NCBI GenBank assembly: GCA_904063045.1
Contig: CAJFCJ010000024.1
Coordinates: forward strand, 925,777-989,776
DNA: 64,000 nt
Source: Dimorphilus gyrociliatus
Lineage: Eukaryota > Animalia > Annelida
Direction: 5' to 3'
Shown here: positions 1 through 11,391 of the stretch, one piece after another
Position numbering within the stretch: the stretch's first letter is position 1
Layout: the number at the start of each line of letters is the position of its first letter
Notes under the pieces: model-generated
What the model was told of the DNA's origin: nothing
What the model saw: only the letters and a program-made list of their open reading frames with translations
Databases searched by the model: none
Position numbers and translations under genes: made by a program

Positions 1-178
1 TTTTTTTTCATTGTACCTTATCAAATATCTTTAATTTTTAATTTACATAATGAAAATTCGAGAAGAATAGTTTAGTCTCTTGGGAGTATCAGCTAAACAT
101 TTAATATTTTTTTGTCTATTCCTTAATTACAATTCTCAATTACAGAATTTATAATTCATGACTTTAAAAGAGACGATA

Positions 179-184
<6 letters not shown>

Positions 185-240
<56 letters not shown>
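185..240. repeat. (GA)28 microsatellite
   Basis: Uninterrupted GA dinucleotide run read directly. Confidence 0.97.
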
Positions 241-245
<5 letters not shown>

Positions 246-607
246 GGTAGGAGAGGGAGAGAGATGAGTAAGGGATGATAGCAGAGAATAACAATAGAGA
301 ATTGCTTGTAGAGAGAATGGATAACTAGAATAACTAAAGGCCTATAAAAAGTCTTGTTTTAGGAAATAAAATGAAAAAATCTCCTTTTTTTTTCTTTTTA
401 CAAATGAAATTTATACTTTCTTTGAAGGAAAACTTTTAAGTAAACGTTTAACAATTTCATCTAAGAATCCTTAAGTGAGAGAAAGATTCATTTACGTTGC
501 TCTTTATTTTTTTATATAAGCAATTATACTTGCCGCTATCATAACTTTCAGCTTCTTCTTTTTCTATTCTACAATAAACAAAATCTTGCTCTTTTTCTTT
601 CTGTCTG

Positions 608-611
<4 letters not shown>

Positions 612-642
<31 letters not shown>
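612..642. repeat. (TC)n microsatellite
   Basis: Pure TC run of about 15 units. Confidence 0.95.
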
Positions 643-644
<2 letters not shown>

Positions 645-1134
645 GTTTCTTTACCCCATTCCCTTGCTATACTCTTTTTCTGCCTCTCTATAACTATATT
701 TGGTATCTTTTAAAAGCGGAAATGATTAAAAGGTTATACATTTGTTAAATAAACTTTTGCTCGCTGATGCAAACAGAGAAACATTGTCTATTGTTGTCAA
801 AGTAAATATAAAAATGACAGTTTGTATATAAAAAAGCTACTTTATGATAGATTCTTTAATATTTTTTACGGCTAGTTTGTTTATAAATTGACGTTAAATT
901 GAAATAACAAAGTTTATAAGGATAAATTTTCCTTAAATGCGCCCTAAGTAGTTTGTCTCTTTTTTTAGGAGGGTAAAGAGGTAAGGGAAGGAGGTATGAG
1001 GCTGTAAAAAAGGTCTAGAGGTTATATATTAAACTTAATGAAAAGTTGACACAAAGGCAATAGGATAGGAAATACTAAAACGACCAAAATACTCTTTGGA
1101 TTTAATCCTTAAACTCGTCTAAACCGGCACTTAC

Positions 1135-1285
1135 TCTCGGTTCCCAGACCGTCGTAATGACGTCGTAAAGCTCGAATTTCCATGCGAACGCACTTGGCTC
1201 TACAAGCCTCTCCATCCAGCGCCCAAATCGAATTAGACGAGTTGAAAATCGCGCAAACGCTCAATAGAATTACACCAATCCTCAT
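1135..1285 (-). CDS. First coding exon of a secreted or cell-surface protein; downstream exons not located (probably left of the window)
   Basis: ATG at 1285 gives MRIGVILLSVCAIFNSSNSIWALDGEACRAKCVRMEIRALRRHYDGLGTE, which has a hydrophobic signal-peptide-like N-terminus. It ends at a perfect donor (GAG A|gtaagt, phase 1). A TATA box lies about 85 nt upstream. Not in the ORF track. Confidence 0.65.
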
Positions 1286-1366
1286 TCTCTTTTTACCCCC
1301 TTCTTTTTTCTCTCTTCTTTTCCTTCTGTCGCTACGAAGGGTGGTATGTAAGATATCTCTCCGCGT

Positions 1367-1375
1367 CTTTATATA
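1367..1375 (-). promoter_or_regulatory. TATA box for the secreted-protein gene
   Basis: Minus strand reads gcgTATATAAAGacgcgg, with GC-rich flanks, about 80-90 nt upstream of the ATG at 1285. Confidence 0.55.
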
Positions 1376-2605
1376 CGCCTGGAGTTGGAACCCTTCGTTG
1401 TTCCACGAACTCCTTCAGGAACCATTTATAATTTAGGCTCCTATTCACTTGGAAATATTACTGCTGTAAAACTAACGATGCATGGCCTTTTCTAAAACGA
1501 TATTTTCGACTAACAGGATATGCTATTGATAAATTTGTGTTGTAGCATTCAAAATATAAGAAAAGAAAAACACCGTTAAATAAATAAGAAAGTAAAAAAA
1601 ATTTCATTTGAAGAATGTAAGATGATTTATTTTGGGAGAAGAATTTCTTTCTCTTCTATATCACTTTTTCAATAGTTTTACTTTAAACTTTTATCAGCAA
1701 ATCAACTCTAGTTTATTATTGTTTTGAAAGTAAACTGTTCAAAATTTTAGCCTACTTTTCTAATCATACGAAAATATTACAGCTACTCCGACGGAAGATG
1801 CATGACATTTAAATGTAACACTTTGGCCTATAGATATAAAATATGCATAAAACCCTATGGAAAGGCAAATTGAAGAGTTCTAATGGAATAGCGATGAAAG
1901 TGAAAAAAATGAATGACAAATCAACAACTAATCCTGGTCAAGTTGGATTTCATCTAATAAACAATCGCATCTACACTGACAATAAAAACTAATCATTTGC
2001 CCGCTAGAGGTCACTGAAAAAGTTCATGTCAAATTATTAAATAAAAAAGTGAGTTTGGCATTCCAAATTAGTCTACGTATTCAAAAAATTAAAAAAAAAA
2101 TTGTAGAGTATAGGAAAACTCTTCTCATTTAAATATTTCTCATTTCCGAAGATTACTTTTTGAAAAGTTAATAGGTTTTTTAAGATAAAAAAAGCAACAT
2201 AAATAATGACGTATTTCCCCTATGGAAAAATAAACAAATATATATTTTAGACTATCCATCATTTTAACGTAACTGATATACCAAATATGCGTCTGTCTCT
2301 ATCTCTCTCTCTCCTTATCATTCTCTCTGCTCTATATCTCTTACTCTCTCTCTCTCCCTTTCTCTCTCTCTCTCTCTTTTACATATACTGTATATGATCG
2401 TTGAATATTCTGCATAGATATAATAATATCTATTTATATATATACAGTATATATTAACACTTGTCGCAACAAACAGATGTCGCTAGTTTACGGCTAACAA
2501 ATACAATGTTGAATTGTATAGTAAAAGCAGTACAACTAATGTGTTCTTTTTTCGTATTTTTAAAGATTAAGATATAGATTTTTATATTAAAAGACAGAAA
2601 AAAAT

Positions 2606-2612
2606 AAAAAAA
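2606..2612 (-). terminator. RNA polymerase III oligo-T terminator of tRNA-Val
   Basis: T7 run on the minus strand starting 2 nt after the discriminator base. Confidence 0.85.
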
Positions 2613-2613
2613 C

Positions 2614-2686
2614 TGGTCACGCCCAGGCTCGAACTGGGGACCTTTCGCGTGTAAAGCGAACGTGATAACCACTACACTACGCGACC
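2614..2686 (-). tRNA. tRNA-Val, anticodon TAC (73 nt, no intron)
   Basis: GGTCGCGTAGTGTAGTGGTTATCACGTTCGCTTTACACGCGAAAGGTCCCCAGTTCGAGCCTGGGCGTGACCA. Acceptor stem GGTCGCG/CGTGACC, anticodon arm TTCGC-TTTACAC-GCGAA, T-loop GTTCGAG. Confidence 0.97.
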
Positions 2687-2877
2687 ATAGTTGTAGAAGG
2701 TGAATTATTGCACGGATATAAATCGTAATTAGTCGGGTGTTATTATCGTGGACAATTTGAACACTATAACTCAATACACCTTAAGAACAAATTTAATATT
2801 GAAGAGAGAACTGTATATGGACATATAGAAACGTAATAGAAGGAAAAATTACACTAGGACAAATTATTTCGCTGTAA

Positions 2878-4548
2878 ATGAAGACTAATTGCCGATTTTT
2901 TAGGAAATATATCTATATTTTAATGATATTCCTTGTTGTGTTATCAATCTACGCTTTGGGAAGATATTCGATAGACTCTACAGTTAAAGAGAAGGAAGAT
3001 ATTTTGGAATTTATAAAAATTGCTAGGGGGGATGGACCCTCTCTTCTTAAAGTTCAAATGACTGATGCAGATAGACATATAGTTTTCGATTTACTGAAAG
3101 CTATAGATTTGGTTGCTAAAAGACTGAATATTTCCTATTTTATGTGGGCTGGAACACTTCTAGGATCTTATAGGTATTTAAATCACCTATTCTTTTCAAA
3201 GATATTACGCAGTGTATTTGATATTTAATTACTTGCAAATGTAAAAGATGGCGAAAGAGTAGAACTTAATTTTGTGTCGCCATCTACGTTAGAATTCTTA
3301 TTGAAAATGAAACTTTCTATCAGTGCCTAGGGGAGGACTTTTGGGAGTCCTAAGTGACCGCCGAATTCTTTTCCGTTTCTCTAAAAAAAAAATCGTTAGC
3401 AGTGTGACTCTTTACATCTTTTGATTGTAAAAGAAAACGGAGGGGAATGGGTGAGAGAGACAGAGAGAGAGAGAATGTGTGGAATATCTTCAATTTCTTT
3501 AACTCCTATAAGAGAGCACTGTAAATTATCGAATTATATTAATTATTTATAAATATGCCTTCGCTTACTGTTCTTTTGATTTTCTTTTCCACCAATTATA
3601 CATTAATACTATCAGAAAGTAAAATAACTATATAAGTAATGACTTTTTTTAGTAAGAAAGTCGTTTACCCATACTCCTTACTTACTCTCCGTCTTACTCA
3701 TCTATACACTTATCATCTCTTCATTTATTAAGTAGATATGCTAGAGGGTTACGTAATATGTTTTTGTAAATATTATATAGATTTATACATATAAATCCCA
3801 TGTCTAAGAGAAATACATTTTAGCGTTTAATCCTTTAAAGACGTATAAATAAATGCTGCATATCTTAAGGAATCACGATATCATTCCTTGGGACGACGAT
3901 ATTGATCTCATCTTTAATTTTGAAGATAGATTTTTATTAATGGAATACTTACCGAAAATCAAGGAAATCCTACCGGAGACATTAATAGAGAGAGCGAATA
4001 TGAGAATTAAAGTGTCGGATAAAAGAGGGGTTAGATACTATACAGATGATCAGGATTTTGCTTACAGATGGCCGTTCATTGATATAGAATTTTTTCAAGG
4101 TACAACAAGTTCACCTTAAATACTAATTTCTTACGACTTTTATCATCCGTTTCTCTTTTCCCGTGTTATAGAGAATGCAACTCATATTTTCACGATAAAC
4201 GATGAAAATACTCGTGTTTTTGATAGATCCGATATCTTTCCAGGACACCATAGACCATTAGGGAATCTCTGGTTAAGTTCCCCTAGAAATCCTGTAAAGG
4301 TCTTAAAGGCGTACTACGACGATCTTTCAGTTTGTTCTACAGGCAGATATAGTCATAAATTAGAAAGGTTCATGAGACTTGTGGGCGACAAGGCAAAGTG
4401 TAAGAGTCTTTTGAATGTATATCCATTCGTTAAGAGACGCTTAAGGAAGACGTCGAGTCGTCAGCAAGTTGAAGAATCTCTAATTGAAAGGGATAAACTA
4501 ATTCACACCGTATATGTTGATGAAACTGAATATGAACAAGTTATTTAA
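2878..4548 (+). CDS. LicD/fukutin/FKRP-family nucleotidyltransferase, type II membrane protein, 300 aa, 3 exons (2878-3173, 3870-4099, 4172-4548)
   Basis: N-terminal TM anchor IYILMIFLVVLSIYAL. Splicing rebuilds the LicD signature [22 protein letters not shown] (DxD), then WPFIDIEFF, IFP..RPLG, C-x-H-x-E and YPFV. All introns are GT-AG and the joined frame is open (903 nt). Confidence 0.9.
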
Positions 4549-7352
4549 ACAAGTATTCCATTCTATACTATTCGTTTTATGTTGTTTAGTATATGTCGTA
4601 TAGAAGATTGACTGTGTATTAATGATTCTTTGCCATGGAAAAAAATCACTATTAACTTTTTTTTCCTCCCTCCTCTATAAATAAATTATCAAGAAACGTA
4701 AATAAAATTCTACGATTTCTTTAGAAAGGGGATTAGACCACCAACTTATCCGCAGAGGCGTCTTAAACCGTCTAATAAGTGATCATTAATTAAAGAGGAA
4801 TATAAAAAAGTGAGAGCTGTCAAACGAAATGATTAGAGTTTGAGTTTGCAAAATACAATAAATTTCAAAGATAGAAATAGTTTATAGAAGAGCATCCCTG
4901 AAAGTTGCATACTAAGGACTGACAGCTACAATTAGATCACTTGTTGGTACACTAATTCAAAAGACATATACATAAATACGTAAAACAATCAAATGCTTCT
5001 ATAATGAATTTCTTTCTTTTATCGTTCTCAATTTCCCATCAGTCCATCAATCATAATTTTAAAGAAAGCTATAGAAAATTTATACAAAATGTCGAAATAA
5101 AAAATGTATTTTGTATAGAAGAGACTTATAAGACTAACTGGAGATGTATATTTTCTTCTTTATAGTATCACCATTGTAACAGAATGCAATTAATATACAG
5201 TATTTCGTAGATTGACAGAGGACGAAACTCGCTGACCATCAATCGTGATAAATCTAATAATTAAGTGAGAAATAGAGTGTACTTTCCCTTTTTTACCCAA
5301 CAAGTATATAAACGAGAGAGTAGATAATAGCTAATAGACTTGTAATTTGATTGGTTTCTCTCCTTCTCCCAAATCTGGAACTCTTTCTTGGGGCAAATTC
5401 TGTAAAAAAAAATTGGAATAAGAGGCATATAAATGATAATAGGTATAGAATTTGTTTCGTAAAAGAGAGAAATATAGCGCTAGTATTAGGAAATATAATT
5501 ATAAAGTCTATTTAGACGGTTTGAAAATATTTTAGCCATTAGTACACATATTTTCAATGGATTGATTAAAATATACAATTTGAGGATATTAAGTATAGTC
5601 ACATGATAACGTTTGAAGACTCTCTTTTTAATAGCAAATCTGTATTAATTTTACAAAGTCTCTAAAAGTAAATATTGAAAGAGCTAGGAAGAAGAAACAT
5701 ACCAGTTTTCTTACATAGAAATGATAGGTTGTAGGATATTTACTAGAGGTATATTTTTGTTATTTCTCTCTACCTCTCCCATCTCCCCCCTTCCCCCGCC
5801 CCTCTCTTTCTCTCTCCCTATCTCTCTTTCTCACACTTTATAACCGTTTTTTTCTTTATCAGCAATTTTTCAGTTGAATAAATCTAATCTCTACTTTCAG
5901 TGGAAAAACAAGATTTATTTATTGCAGTTTCCAAGGAAAAAGGTTGAAATTAACTAGTTTTTTTTAAAGACAGTTTCATTTGTTGAAAATACTTCATAAT
6001 CTTGTTAATAGATTAGGTTAGTACTAATATCCTCCTTCTTAACGAAATCAATAATTTTGTCATTTCCTTTACTCTTTTCTTTTCCTTAGAGTTTCTTTTC
6101 ATTGTATCAGCCAGTTAAAGTTCTCTTAGCAGTCCTGATAAAGGATTTTTGTGATCATATTGAATTGCTCTAGTTCTTTATTTCTCCATCTCCAGTCGAG
6201 TTTCACTTTACAAGACCTAATTAAATTTGCTATTTCTTTTTAGACACATTGATTGAAAACGCTCTAAACTTTCTGAAATGATAGTAGAATCATTGAAAAA
6301 TCAATTTTAAACGTTTTATACAGTTTTTAATGAATTTTGAGAATGTTGAACATTTTAAATTCGTTTATTACGATTAAATAAGCCAAGTTCAATATATATT
6401 GAATATGCAATGTACGACATATGTAAATTTATAGATATTATATACTTTCTATATGTAAATGACTTACGTAACAGTTGACCTAATTATCTTCCTATCTAAG
6501 AGTGATAAATTTATTGCCAGAGGACAGATATCTTTAAGCTAGGACATAAAAAGAGAATATAAAAACGAAAAGGTTGTTTTTTTTTCGTTTCATAAGAGTA
6601 TATGAAATCCGGAAATTATCAATATAGTCAGATGGAATATGTACATTGTGATTATTAACACGAATGGATATTCTCTTCTTTGCTTCTTTCTCTCGAGTGT
6701 AGATCGAGAAAGTGCATTTAGTAAGTATGGTTGCTGCATGACTTGCATGGCTTTTTTGCATAAAAATTGACTCCCAAATGCTTTTTTAAGATGTCAAATG
6801 CCACACGAATACTTTAGCCATAAAGGTTATCTACAATGAGAACGTTAACGGCCATTTTTAACACTTTATGCATCACAGGCGTCTTCGAGAGAAAACGAGA
6901 AAAAAATATTAATTATCCTTTAATTAACAAAAATAAAGAAAAACGTCTTACAATTTGTGATGTGATGTATAATCAGCCTGTCGAAATTGATTAAGACTCC
7001 ATCTTTGGCTGTCTGCAAAATTTTAAACTGTAATGTATTTAACAATACTGAAAAGAGATGTTTACGTTCCTTTAAGAATAGATTAAAATTTATTTCAGTT
7101 ACAGCGATCATTCGATGAATCTACTCTAACTTTATTATGTTTGTCTTCTTGACAAATATATCCTTTCATACATATAGACCTAAAAAGAGGTATACTTTTG
7201 CACTAGTAAGATTGGTTAGAAAAGGCACAAAAAGATTGTATGATAAAATGTAAAATGGGTAGAGGAGAGATAGACAGATAGAAAGATAGAAACAAGGGAG
7301 TGCGTGAGTGAGCTTGCGTGGAAGGGGGAAAAGAGTGTCTGTGTGTGTGTGT

Positions 7353-7387
<35 letters not shown>

Positions 7388-7667
7388 GAGTAAGAGTGAC
7401 GAAGAGAAGGAAGAAAGAAGGCCAATTTTTTCAAAGTTTAATTGTGGGCAAAATACTCGCTTGTTGTATTTATAAATCATTATAGACTGTAATTCTATTT
7501 CATCTTTGTATGTGTTAGGAAAATATGGATAAAAATGGCACGGGAGATGGAGAGTAGAGATATTATAGATTTCTTTGTAGTTCAAAGAATATCAAAGCGA
7601 TAAGCATTATTTAAATAAATATTAAAATTTATTCTAATTAATTATATATTTAATGAATAATTTAATA

Positions 7668-8464
7668 TTAGTATTTTAAATTGACTTCTTCTTCGCAATC
7701 GGTGGGCTTTTTACCATGATTTTTCCTCTTATACATATAGTGCAGCCTTGTTATAATACAACCACAGAATCCCAATATAATTGAGGTACATGGCCAAAAG
7801 AGAATGTGAAAAACAAAAGATGATTTTATAGTTCTTTCCAAGAAAGCTCCTTGATTGGGTTCGCTTTTGCTGTAATAGCATACATAGGGTGTTCCTTTTA
7901 TACCCTTATTTTTCTTGTACAATTCAACGATATCCCTGTTTACGTTAGAGTTTTTTTCGCATACGTAGAGAGAACACTGTTAAAAAAAAGGAAAAAAAGG
8001 AAAATGAATAGTACGTCGTTAAAAAAATGTTATTGAAAAGACTCAAAGAGTAATATTCTTCATTAGGAATATATGATATAAAGTACTCTTTCGTATAGTT
8101 GCTGCTTAGAAGCTACATATTACTGTATTCCAGTGTACTTGGAAAATCGATTGATTAGTTATACAGCTTCTTTTTTTATCCAAGATTTTTCAATTTTAAT
8201 CGTTAACAATCACTAATTTTAAAAAAAGTGTGTATTATTATCTTACACGATCTATATTATCCTCTTCTCGGTCAAGAACAGCATTGATTAATTGCTGGTC
8301 GGTTTTAAACATTGGAACGGACGGTAACAATTCCGAGTCAAGAGACATCGTTCTATTCAGAGTAGCGTAAATTAGTAGACATGGATAAGTCGATTTGCAG
8401 GCTGTTCCGCCGCATGAGCAAGTATACTGAATTGTGTACATAGAATTTTCCAAAACGCATCTAC
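7668..8464 (-). CDS. Calcium-activated K+ (BK) channel beta-subunit-like protein (KCNMB/CaKB family); last two exons (8464-8247, 7976-7668), 5' exon(s) with TM1 unresolved
   Basis: Spliced translation RCVLENSMY..TCSCGGTACKSTYPCLLIY..DR|CSLYVCEKNSNVNRDIVELY..PYVCYYSKSEPNQGAFLERT..FHILFWPCTSIILGFCGCII matches the KCNMB loop Cys pattern (SCG..C...YPCL; CSY.P.C; F.CY; LFWP TM2). Acceptors tttcag and ttttttaacag, donor gtaaga. Confidence 0.75.
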
Positions 8465-11391
8465 CTGAAAGATGAAGAAGACTGTAAATTTATTTAACAG
8501 CATAAAACAAAGAATAAGCCGTAATTAAAACGGGAAAGATAAATTACTTTTATGTTATCATTTTACCAACATATTTTGGATTTAAGAGCTCAAAGGATTA
8601 GTTGATCCGAAAGAGAAAGTTCATTTAATATCTGTTCGCGCATAAGTAAACGTTACTTAAAAAAAAAACTGTCTCTTCCACACGATTATCCAGTTTACAT
8701 TCCATTTTCCCATTATTTTCCAAACATTACTACAGGCTATATAGAATATTATAGCACTTACTATATTTTATCGTTTTTTCTACTCTTATTTTAACTCTTA
8801 TATACATCAATTGTACGTTTGCAACAAAATCCTTGAAAGTAGGTTTATGAAATTCAACTTATCAATGCCTACAAGTGATTTTTTTACGTATGTGTAAGCG
8901 TTAAACTACTAGGCTAACAGTTTAGATATTGACCATTAATTTTAATTTCATCTGAAGTATAGGAATTTTCTTTTAGAATCTCGCATATAAATAGGAGAAG
9001 TTAGAAATGCATATAAATATATATATATACAAGTTGAAGTATATAATAAATCATAAGTTTTCATTTATTTCTCCTTTGTATCATCATTAATTAAATCGTT
9101 TTTTCTCTCTCTTTCTTATCATAACACATTGTCTGCCTCTTGTTTGTTATAGTATGACAAAAATTTTCCTATTCCATTTATAGTTTGGATTAAATATCCT
9201 ATCGGTCTTAATGGACCTAAAGGTATAATTTCCTTTCTTTTGGATTCTTCTGGCACCGCATTTCGATGAAAATTGATAAAAATTATTCTATATAGGAATT
9301 TCTCTTTTCTTCTTACTAGTCTCAAATGTTATTCTTTATTTATTATTCCAAAACGATTGGCATTGTCTTATCTATTAATCTATCCATTTTTATAGAATAA
9401 GCTTGTGTAAATGTTTCCTACGTGATTAATACAGTTCAACCATAAAATATTCGTTAATTGAAGCTTAAAATTTTTACAATTTTGTCCATAAAAGAGACCA
9501 TGCATTACTAAAATGTTTTCCAGAACAGGACATTCCTGCTATATGCTCTGGGTATTGAGACTGTCATAGTCTGATAAAAATGAAAAGCCGATTACTGATG
9601 GCTCTTAGGTTCTTTTTTAAGACTATTTTATTATTCATCAGGTTTGTATTCCCTACATTTTATATTAAAAATGTAAATACATTACATGATTATATAGACC
9701 TAAGAGAAGTTATGTATAGTTTAAGTAGTTTTCTTATTTCCCTTATTCTTCTGCTTCGTCTTGTCTCGAATTTTCTTACTTTTATTTCTAATTTTGTTAT
9801 TTTATTGTCATTTTGCGTGATGCCTGCTAAAAGCATCATTTTCTTTTTATTTCCGTTAGATGTTCTCTCATCTAGTTTGATAGTGATTAATGTTAGATAC
9901 CTTGAAATTTCTACTGATATAATTTTTATGTAGACTAAGATTATCTTTCCTCTTTGGAGAAATGTTTACATCATCGTCATCAACGGCCTCCTTCAAAGCT
10001 TTTTACCTCAGCGTTTAAAAATGGACCCTAAGGAAGACTACTTTCATTTAGCCTTATTATTTTACAGATTAACTTTGAGTTGAAGCATCATGCAATGCCA
10101 CGTATGAGAATATTTTCCCTAAACATTTATGATATTAAATATGTTTCCTTCCTATTAATATTTCAAGGCTAAAAGGAGAAGACTTTTGTAACTACTTTTC
10201 TTTCCACACTATTAATAAAGTTAGTGAAAAACGGATAATTTACATACTTAAAGCCCTATCTAGGGAATATTTGAATAGGCCCAAGGTCATTATAACTCAG
10301 AAATGACAATAGAAAGGAAGTGTTGTATTTCAAAAATTTACATATCCCAAAATAAAAAAACTACAGTTTATAGTCTATATACTGCATATAAATTAATATA
10401 AATAGCTTGTATTGTTTTATTATATAAGAATTCTTATTATTATAAGTTATACCTTATTTATCTAATACAATACAGTGTATACAGATTAGTATATATTATT
10501 TATTTGCACTTGAATAAATTGAATAAATGCCAAAACTTTCTGTTAAAAATAAACTCCAAGTGTTCATGTTTCAATGAATAGACATATGCTTTTAATAATA
10601 ATAATAGTATTTTTTTAATGTGTCTTTTGTTATACAAGTGTCTGAGAAGGAATTAATGGACCTATCAGAAAGGGAATTTTATATATACGTTCAACAAATC
10701 GACAATAGGTAATTTTCAAAAGAAAATTAAGTTTGCAATAAAACCAATTAATTCTTCAATAAATGTGCAGTAGAATGGAAACTTTTTAATTAACGAAACT
10801 AATTATGAAACCTAATTATACTTGTGGCAGTATAGCCAGAGAAAAAGAGAAAACGTGTTATTCTCCTTAAATAGAATTTCGTAAAAACCTCTAAAAAACG
10901 TAAGCTTGAAAGATAAATCCCCTATGTCCTATATCAAATTGACGATAAGGAAAGAGAAATCGAGAAAATTTATCCTCCTCCAGAGCATTGTTCCTTACCT
11001 TTCAATTATTCATATTTCGGTTTAGAAAAAATGGCTAATATATATATCTATATATATATATATATATATATATAAATCTATGTAAAAGCATATATACAAC
11101 AAGTATATATAGATTAGCAAATACTTGTATATATTAATATAAAAATAAATATATTGATTTATGTTTCTATATATTGAAAGAGAGTGAAAGAGTATAAATA
11201 ATTAGTTGTGGAAATATTCGAAATATCTCCTATCAGCTATGTTTTATGATTTTAGCAAAAGATAAGAAAAACACTGCAAAATTTGGGAAAGTAACGCTTT
11301 GTTAAAATGTGTAAAACGGCTACTTGATCAAGCCGAAAAATTTTTTTCTACAAAGCGGATCGATACGTCCGTTGACGACCGTGGCATAAAC

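Noticed and set aside
2454-2774. 106-aa minus-strand ORF
   Set aside because: It overlaps the tRNA-Val and its poly-T terminator; a spurious translation.
4736-4744. GACCACCAA Gli-like site
   Set aside because: The core is imperfect and it lies about 18 kb from patched with several genes in between.
6090-6790. Exon-like fragments on the minus strand (e.g. SCKVKLDWRWRNKELEQF; AFGSQFLCKKAMQ..IFHLTILIISGFHILL)
   Set aside because: I could not find good acceptors or a consistent phase chain, and recognised no family. May merit an RNA-seq check.
7166-7585. Hydrophobic minus-strand ORFs (139 and 72 aa)
   Set aside because: The LS/HT runs derive from (GA)/(GT) microsatellites, and the region lies in the probable 3' UTR of the KCNMB-like gene.
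9119-10110. Several short ORFs and splice-like signals on both strands
   Set aside because: Every attempted join hits stops or requires introns under 35 nt; no coherent model.
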